Of a stretch of 64,000 nucleotides of DNA, positions 57,419-64,000 are shown piece after piece (within the stretch, counting starts at the first letter, position 1; every line of letters starts with the position of its first letter). The notes under the pieces were generated by a model. The model made no database searches. It saw only the letters and a program-made list of their open reading frames with translations, and was not told where the DNA came from. The stretch is from contig MFNK01000008.1 of NCBI GenBank assembly GCA_001782045.1, forward strand, positions 2,597 to 66,596. The letters are read 5' to 3'. Made by a program: the position numbers and the translations under genes. Source of the stretch: Candidatus Levybacteria bacterium RIFCSPHIGHO2_01_FULL_36_15b. Lineage in GTDB: Bacteria; Patescibacteriota; Microgenomatia; Levybacterales; UBA12049.

Positions 57419-58687
57419 ATGGTTGAAAGGCAGGTAATTTCCCCAGCAGCAGAAAAAAACGGAAATACTTTTCGCAATGACAGAAAAGAATCTTTTACAC
57501 TTGAGGTTAAAAATAAAGACTTGACGCCTTGGGAAATGGACGCCGTTAAAATAATTGATGGATTCATGGTTGATATAGCCACAAAAAGAAATTTCTTTCT
57601 CCACTTTTTAATCGAAAATCAAAGTTGGGAAACTGTAAAGCAATTTCGAGATATTAACGAAGGCTATTTTCAAAAAGTTTTTGTAGAAATTGCAGATAAA
57701 TTTATTTACGACGAAAGAAAAGTTGCTCTGTATAATAATTTTCATCAAGAATGGAATACCAACAGGGCAAAAGAGTTACTGATTGCAGGTGTCAATTATC
57801 ACGACATTCATGATGAGTTTGATATAGAAAGAAATGAACTCAGATCGATAAGAAGAAAATTATTTGAAGAAGGAAAATTAGAGCTGGGTTTAAGCGAGAA
57901 CGAACTTATGGTTTACGAAGAGAGAAAAGAGGGAGTCGTAAATAATAAAATTTCGAAAAAAACAAAAATACCGCACAACGAAGTAAATAGAACAACAGGG
58001 AAACTTCTATTAATGGGACTAATCGATCCACTAAGTCAGCTAGGGAAAATGCAGGCGGAAGAAACGAGATACGTTTATGATGAAATTATAGATTTTCATA
58101 GGATGGGGTTGTCAACAATAGAAATCTCACGGGAGATGAGAGAGCATTATTTCAAGATAAGACATGCTAAATATAGATTAAGGCAAGCAGGTGAAATAAC
58201 GGATCCCCCAGTTAATAAAATTGCAGAACAAAGAAAAGAAGAAGCGGAGGAAAGGCGTGCAAAAATAAAAGCAGCATTAAAAGACCCAAATGTTTTAGTT
58301 GAACACTTACCAGAGTTAATTAAGGATTTAACAGTTGCTCAGGCAAAGAGAAATGTACAGAAATTAATTCGTAGTGGAGATCTTTTGCCAAGAAGAAAAG
58401 CAAGGAGGATATTTCTTGAAAGGCGACTTCGAAGAGAATTAAGAGAGCATCTAAAAAATAATCCAGGTAAAGATTTTCCGTTCTGGGAATTTATCGAAAG
58501 ATATCATACGGATTTTGGCACATCAATAAAAATTTTTGACAAGATTGAGCATCAAGAAGTAGTTCCAAACATTTTTAGTAAAACCAGGTCTCGACACAAA
58601 TTGCATCGCTTATTTCAAGCTCGCCTGCGACAGATTCAAGATAATTCAATAAGTATCGTAAAAGAGCAAAAGCAAGAAGCTAGCTGA
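57419..58687 (+). CDS. Hypothetical protein with repeated HTH-like segments
   Basis: GVNYHDI..., GVVNNKISKK..., GLSTIEISREM... each followed by L...G; start ATG 57419 after TATAAT. Confidence 0.6.
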   Translation: MVERQVISPAAEKNGNTFRNDRKESFTLEVKNKDLTPWEMDAVKIIDGFMVDIATKRNFFLHFLIENQSWETVKQFRDINEGYFQKVFVEIADKFIYDERKVALYNNFHQEWNTNRAKELLIAGVNYHDIHDEFDIERNELRSIRRKLFEEGKLELGLSENELMVYEERKEGVVNNKISKKTKIPHNEVNRTTGKLLLMGLIDPLSQLGKMQAEETRYVYDEIIDFHRMGLSTIEISREMREHYFKIRHAKYRLRQAGEITDPPVNKIAEQRKEEAEERRAKIKAALKDPNVLVEHLPELIKDLTVAQAKRNVQKLIRSGDLLPRRKARRIFLERRLRRELREHLKNNPGKDFPFWEFIERYHTDFGTSIKIFDKIEHQEVVPNIFSKTRSRHKLHRLFQARLRQIQDNSISIVKEQKQEAS

Positions 58688-58740
58688 AATTGCTAAAGGA
58701 AAATATAGAAAATTTAAAAAATATCGTATAATCTTTGCAT

Positions 58741-59358
58741 ATGGAACATAAAATCGATCCAAACCTAGTTACAGATAATTACAAAAAACATAATCCCAAA
58801 AACCCCTTACAAAAATTTTTAATTGAGAACTTTTTCAAGGTTTTTGTAAATGCAGTTCGCTTCTATCAAATAAATTCAGTTCTGGATGTAGGTTGTGGAG
58901 AGGGTTTTACTATGAAAAAACTAAAAAATGCCAAAATAGGCAAATCTTGGGAGGGAGTTGAATATTTAGATCGTGCTATAGAAATAGGAAAAAAGATTCA
59001 TCCTGACCTTAAAATCATACAAGGTGATATTTATAGCTTGCCTTATAAAGCAAAATCATTCGATTTGGTTGTTTGCACAGAAGTATTAGAACATTTGGAA
59101 AATCCCAAAAATGCACTTTTAGAGTTAATTAGGGTTTCTAAAAAATATATTTTGCTTTCTGTTCCAAACGAGCCCTGGTTTATGCTGGGTAATTTTCTTC
59201 GCGGAAAAAATCTATCAAGATTTGGAAACGACATAGAACATATTCAACATTGGTCTTCCAACTCTTTTGAAAAGTTTGTAACGCTAAAAGGAGTAAAAAT
59301 AATTGAGAAAAAGCTTCCTTTGCCCTGGACTATTATTCTTCTTAAAAAAACTGTATAA
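58741..59358 (+). CDS. Class I SAM-dependent methyltransferase
   Basis: VLDVGCGEG, FDLVVCTEVLEHL, SVPNEP. Confidence 0.9.
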   Translation: MEHKIDPNLVTDNYKKHNPKNPLQKFLIENFFKVFVNAVRFYQINSVLDVGCGEGFTMKKLKNAKIGKSWEGVEYLDRAIEIGKKIHPDLKIIQGDIYSLPYKAKSFDLVVCTEVLEHLENPKNALLELIRVSKKYILLSVPNEPWFMLGNFLRGKNLSRFGNDIEHIQHWSSNSFEKFVTLKGVKIIEKKLPLPWTIILLKKTV

Positions 59359-59370
59359 TCTACGCCTAAT

Positions 59371-59895
59371 ATGGTAGAGCAAGAAGTAAACTATGCAGAC
59401 GAAAAGCAAATTTCGCATATATACTCAGAAGCTGTTGATTTATTAGAAAAGCACGGAGAGCGCTATTATAATTACGACGGAATTGAAATATCGGCCAAAA
59501 GTTTTTTTTGTAATGAAAATGACAGTAGGGGAAGTTCGGATATTTGCCTTGATGCGGATGCAACCGAAGGAATCGCCGGCTCCATTATATTAAGATTAAT
59601 AAGACAAAAAGGAACGAACGCTTATATTCGGGAACTAACGTTTGATAGTTCAAAAGTAATAAATCTCACAGTCCGTGAAAAAGTGAACGATGGAACCCAA
59701 AGTAAAGTTAAAACTACTTATTCGGGCGGCCTTGATAAGGCTTGGATAACTTTGGAGACGGTAAGCAAATATTTAGAAGAAGCAAGAGTAAATTTAGAAG
59801 CAAATTATCAAGAGCCTCCGTGTGAAGACGAAAAACCCTCGCGTTTTACAGCAATTCCTCATAGGCTACTAAACGTCTTTAATGTAAAAAGATAA
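59371..59895 (+). CDS. Hypothetical protein
   Basis: 174 aa, TATAAT upstream. Confidence 0.6.
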   Translation: MVEQEVNYADEKQISHIYSEAVDLLEKHGERYYNYDGIEISAKSFFCNENDSRGSSDICLDADATEGIAGSIILRLIRQKGTNAYIRELTFDSSKVINLTVREKVNDGTQSKVKTTYSGGLDKAWITLETVSKYLEEARVNLEANYQEPPCEDEKPSRFTAIPHRLLNVFNVKR

Positions 59896-59946
59896 ATAAG
59901 ATATTTTAGAAAGCAAAAAACCTCAAAAATATGATATAATTCATGC

Positions 59947-60423
59947 ATGGCAGAAACTGAATATAGTATGGAATCTCACAAAACTTTTGAAAGACCATTA
60001 AATCCCAGAGAAGCGGCAGCTAAATTTGCGAATTGCCTTGAAGAAGTAAGATTAAACTCAGTAAGCGGATCGGTAGATAATTTCAAAATTGAAAAACTTA
60101 GAGCTATCCTAGAGTATGCTCCAATTACAGACGATTTCAAAATGCAAATAGTAAATAGGGTAAGCAGATCTATCGAGACAAAGCTATTAAACTCCGTAGA
60201 AGCGGATTATTTTTTGGACGATTTGGAAATAGATGTTGAAAAAGAGATGTTTGGTATTTTTGATCAAAATGAGGCTAGAGAAATTGAGAGACGAACCATT
60301 AACACGGAAAAAAATAATCCTCATCTGGCTCCAAAATTAGCTCAAGAAGACGAAGCAAAGATTAAACATTGGGCGAAAGCTTTTCAAGCCTTTTACAACG
60401 AAAATCCTTTTGTGCAGCACTAA
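59947..60423 (+). CDS. Hypothetical protein
   Basis: 158 aa, TG-TATAAT upstream. Confidence 0.65.
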   Translation: MAETEYSMESHKTFERPLNPREAAAKFANCLEEVRLNSVSGSVDNFKIEKLRAILEYAPITDDFKMQIVNRVSRSIETKLLNSVEADYFLDDLEIDVEKEMFGIFDQNEAREIERRTINTEKNNPHLAPKLAQEDEAKIKHWAKAFQAFYNENPFVQH

Positions 60424-61661
60424 TGATAGATACCGCAGAATTACCACAAGCAAAAGAAATTGAACTTCGCAAAAATGAAGTTTTTACCGAAGAAGAGATA
60501 ACCGAATACAGAAGAGGCTGTGAATTAGTTGGGCTTAAATTAGGAGAAGCTTTGGATAATACTTTGGAAAAGGGAAAAAGACCAACAATACTTATTCCAT
60601 CAAGAGGCGCTATTCCAATTTTTTTATTGGCAGTAGATTTTTTAAGAAAGAGCGGCGACCACAGGCTGTCAGGTGCGCAAACCGATTATTATCCCGCTGG
60701 GATTTTTGAATATCTATCAGATTCTATTAAGGATGATGTGCAAGGGCATATACAACCAGAGATAGACGTTATTTTATATCCGTTTACCGCAGATTTATCT
60801 GCTCCAAACGAACAGGAGACGGAGTTAGATAAAAAAGTTAGAGCCTCTTGCGCAGCTGCATTTTCTGATCTGGTTTATGGCGACAAAAGCTCAATAGATT
60901 TGCAGTGGAATTTCTTTCTAATGCAAAAATTTAGGGAGGGACAGTACGGAAACTTTATTTTAAGTCCCGCAAAAATCGTTGAATCTTTAAAAAGTATTCC
61001 TAAAAATGAGGACAGAGAAATAATTTTGATAGATACGGTAATATCGGGTAGGGCGGCCTCGGACATTACGGGGGCTTTCAGAGATTTGGGTCATAAGGTT
61101 ACCCCAATATTAGCAGTTGATAGTAAATCCGGTGTAAAACTAAGAAAGGACTATAAAAGCAATATTAGAAATGCTTTGAACAATGAATTCGTTGAAAATT
61201 TTGAAGACCAACTTATTGAATTCCCTTTAATTTCAGAGGACAAAGGGGCAGCTTTACTTGGAGTGAGCGCTGTTAATTTTGCGAACTTTAACGATGAAAA
61301 TTTGTTCCATAAGTCCGCTAATGGCTTTCCTGAAAGTTACACACCTCAAAGTTGCGTGTGGATGATACCTCCTAGGCCAAACTACATTCCCTCTTTTCAC
61401 GGATTTTTAGAAAGATGCAAAGGGGGATTTGATCTAGGTGATAATACGCAAAAAATTGCATGGGAAAAATTATCAGATGATATCAGGGAATTTATAACAT
61501 CAAGAGCTGATGGAGAAGAAGTGCGAGAGGATATGAACGGCCTTTTAAAAGTTCCCGCAGAATCGGCAAATGAAACGGCATCTCATATTATTTCGCTTAA
61601 GCTCTCGCCAAAAGATGCCGCGGCTTGGATACGGGAGTTTTCCTTAAAGTTCTTGACATAA
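60423..61661 (+). CDS. Hypothetical protein, phosphoribosyltransferase-like fold
   Basis: ILIPSRGAIP and IILIDTVISGRA resemble type I PRTase motifs; TAATG overlap. Confidence 0.55.
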   Translation: MIDTAELPQAKEIELRKNEVFTEEEITEYRRGCELVGLKLGEALDNTLEKGKRPTILIPSRGAIPIFLLAVDFLRKSGDHRLSGAQTDYYPAGIFEYLSDSIKDDVQGHIQPEIDVILYPFTADLSAPNEQETELDKKVRASCAAAFSDLVYGDKSSIDLQWNFFLMQKFREGQYGNFILSPAKIVESLKSIPKNEDREIILIDTVISGRAASDITGAFRDLGHKVTPILAVDSKSGVKLRKDYKSNIRNALNNEFVENFEDQLIEFPLISEDKGAALLGVSAVNFANFNDENLFHKSANGFPESYTPQSCVWMIPPRPNYIPSFHGFLERCKGGFDLGDNTQKIAWEKLSDDIREFITSRADGEEVREDMNGLLKVPAESANETASHIISLKLSPKDAAAWIREFSLKFLT

Positions 61662-61701
61662 GGTAAAAATAGTATTAATATCCCTTTTGTCGTTTTAAAC
61701 T

Positions 61702-62313
61702 ATGAATAGAGAAAGAGAACCAAGGATAAAAACTTCTGCTTCGAATCAATCCTTAGGATTGAGAGAAGAAGAACTACAACATGTTCCAGCTGCGGACGAC
61801 CGTGAAGAAATAGTAGAGTTTCAGGGACAACCAACTCTTTGGGAAAAAGCAAGAAGAGCTTTTTCGGCAATGAGTGAATTCCGCCTTTTCCATAAGGGAA
61901 ACGTAGGCCTTAGGCACGACAGCAATTATGCAACATCGGAAAATGTCGATGAAGCAAGAAGAAAAGATAAAATTAAAACAAGAACCGAAAGAGTTTCTAG
62001 CAAGGCTGGAAAATTTCCACTAACCACAGAATTTACAGAAAGAAATGTAACTGGCAGGAGAGTTAGATTTGAACATGAAAGCAGGGCGCCAATAGTTCCT
62101 GTAGAAGAAACAGAAGATGTAAAATTGCAGCATGGATCAGGAATCCCGACTGCTTCAAGAAGAGAGGTAAAGAAATACTTAAGACGTCAATCAAACACAA
62201 GGCTCACCGAGTCAGTTGAAGATAAATGGGGACTTCCTCCGGCAGAACTAAAACCAACAGGTGTTTCCTTAGATGCTCTTGCGGAAAGAGGGATTCACAT
62301 AGCAGACGAGTAA
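61702..62313 (+). CDS. Hypothetical charged protein
   Basis: 203 aa, R/E-rich; TTGACA upstream. Confidence 0.6.
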   Translation: MNREREPRIKTSASNQSLGLREEELQHVPAADDREEIVEFQGQPTLWEKARRAFSAMSEFRLFHKGNVGLRHDSNYATSENVDEARRKDKIKTRTERVSSKAGKFPLTTEFTERNVTGRRVRFEHESRAPIVPVEETEDVKLQHGSGIPTASRREVKKYLRRQSNTRLTESVEDKWGLPPAELKPTGVSLDALAERGIHIADE

Positions 62314-62357
62314 GTATTAAATTGACCAATTTAGCTTATATATATTAAGCTTTAAAT

Positions 62358-63659
62358 ATGGAATCTCATTCGGAAACTCTACCAACATCTCCAGAGCAAT
62401 TAAAAGCCCAACAACCACTTGAAGCACCTTATGTAACGATTATTAAAGACGTTGTTCATAAAAAAATCCCAGAACACCAAAAATCCTTTGACATAACGCT
62501 TGACGAAATAAATAGACAAATAACCGGAGACGGTTTATTTCAGTGGGAATCACAAGAAACAAAGGGCGTAAAATTTTTGGCAGGACATCTTTCTGTAACG
62601 CCTGAACTAATTCAAAAGATTGCTTCTCAAAAGCCTCAACCGAAAGAACCAGCAGTCCAGCAAAGAGACACTTTAGATCAAAGACTTGAGCTTTATGTCT
62701 ATTTTGTAGAACCTTCTTTTGGCGTTGGAGAAGATGGTAGCGCGCTGAGCGCTTTGGATATGGGAATAGCAAGATTTATAGCTGAAATGCCAAAAGTCGC
62801 CCAAGCAATAAGAAGTGGAGAAGAACCGCCCGCAATAGACATTTACTTAGTGGGAGGACCAACTGCATTGGGCGGCCAAGTTACCAGGGAATTTGTGGAT
62901 AGCGTTAAACAAAATGGGTTTTCTGAATACGGAAAGCTTTACGCAGAATTTGTAAAACAGAAATTAGCAAGTATAGATCTTGATAAAACCAGAGTCGTTT
63001 TGCAAGGAGCATCAAAAGGAGCTATTACATCTGATAAAACTTATGCTAATTTACCAACTAATATGCAAGAAAGAACTCAACTTCTTTATGATAACCCAGC
63101 TGGTACTCAAGGAGAAAATATTCCTACACAAATTGGAAGAAGTATAAACTTGGGAGTTGGAATGGTTACAGAGTTGGGTATTAGAAAGTTTGCAGGTACT
63201 GTAAAAGGTGGAGCTTTTTCTGGGCAAACAGAATTTTACAGGGCAATCTCTCAAGAAAAAGGAATAGAACCGGATTCGGAAGAGCAAAAAAAATTAAAGA
63301 GAGAACTATTTATTCGAGGAGAGGTTGCGGCTTTAGCAAAAGGAACCCCGCTAGATTCAGAACAACGATCATTTAGTAGAATTTCGACTCCAGATCCAGT
63401 AAATATTAATTTTGGAAATATATTAAGAGTAGTAAAAAAGGATCTTTTCGAAGATGTATTCGAAAAGATTGGTGCAATGAGAATTGGTGTTCCTTTCGGT
63501 CAAAGGAGAGCTTTAGTTGCAAAGCAAGAGGGAAAAAGATTAACTTTTGCAACTGGTAATACTGTTCATAATTTTCCTTGGGTTAGGAGTATCGATAGCG
63601 GATCATGGGCACAGAAAATGGAATTTGTTGAGAATTCTCAAGCTCCTACTGCGTCTTGA
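62358..63659 (+). CDS. Hypothetical protein, alpha/beta-hydrolase-like
   Basis: VVLQGASKGA (GxSxG), DNPAG, C-terminal VHNFP. Confidence 0.55.
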   Translation: MESHSETLPTSPEQLKAQQPLEAPYVTIIKDVVHKKIPEHQKSFDITLDEINRQITGDGLFQWESQETKGVKFLAGHLSVTPELIQKIASQKPQPKEPAVQQRDTLDQRLELYVYFVEPSFGVGEDGSALSALDMGIARFIAEMPKVAQAIRSGEEPPAIDIYLVGGPTALGGQVTREFVDSVKQNGFSEYGKLYAEFVKQKLASIDLDKTRVVLQGASKGAITSDKTYANLPTNMQERTQLLYDNPAGTQGENIPTQIGRSINLGVGMVTELGIRKFAGTVKGGAFSGQTEFYRAISQEKGIEPDSEEQKKLKRELFIRGEVAALAKGTPLDSEQRSFSRISTPDPVNINFGNILRVVKKDLFEDVFEKIGAMRIGVPFGQRRALVAKQEGKRLTFATGNTVHNFPWVRSIDSGSWAQKMEFVENSQAPTAS

Positions 63660-63683
63660 CATTGCCTCAAAAGTCACTATAAT
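63656..63683 (+). promoter_or_regulatory. rRNA promoter
   Basis: TTGACA-16-TATAAT upstream of 16S. Confidence 0.7.
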
Positions 63684-63923
63684 AGATTTCACTATGTAAA
63701 GACTCTTGCCAAAGACGTTGGTTTAGAACCCGCCTCTGGCGGGATTTTTAGTCTTTAATAGCTTAATTTGCACTTTGATAATTTGGGGTGAGGAACCGGA
63801 ACAAAATAACTTTCAATCAACTAAATTAGTAATTAGTTGACAATCAGAAAGTGGTAGGAATTTTTTGTTAGATTAATTCCTTAAAGAAAATCTAACAAGG
63901 TTTAGCTGTAAAGCTAACCCAAT

Positions 63924-64000
63924 TTTTTTGAGAATTTGATCCTGGTTCAGGATGAACGCTGGCGGCGTGCCTTAAGCATGCAAGTCAAGGGGGCTCCGCA
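63924..64000 (+). rRNA. rrs: 16S rRNA, 5' end (truncated by window)
   Basis: AGAATTTGATCCTGGTTCAGGATGAACGCTGGCGGCGTGCCTTAAGCATGCAAGTC. Confidence 0.97.

Overview
This is an AT-rich, gene-dense bacterial chromosome segment. The gene content and 16S start point to Patescibacteria/CPR, probably Microgenomates-like (inference). The housekeeping backbone includes argS, an M16 peptidase, ndk, dsbA/VKOR, sortase, two mreB, mreC-mreD-PBP2, galT, galU, fbp, secE-nusG-rplK-rplA, rplJ-rplL, rpmG, rpmB, def-fmt, dprA-topA, six tRNAs and the 5' end of a 16S rRNA. Many orphan genes are interleaved with it. The main observation is that 13 proteins at four loci (1749-6504, 7840-8778, 19844-22836, 26281-27417) share a short conserved peptide, consensus [LM]R[AS]x[EDQ]VADLDPY[NG]xR(GKP). 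It lies at the N-terminus, the C-terminus or between domains of at least four unrelated protein bodies. Its codons vary mostly synonymously, so it looks like a portable protein-level tag (targeting, docking or processing) rather than a DNA repeat. Other signals are near-universal -10 boxes about 6-12 nt before start codons (leaderless-type genes), a promoter-driven structured ncRNA candidate at about 32660-32832, and three families of small REP-like palindromes, some translated in frame. No integrase, reverse transcriptase, transposase or CRISPR array was seen.
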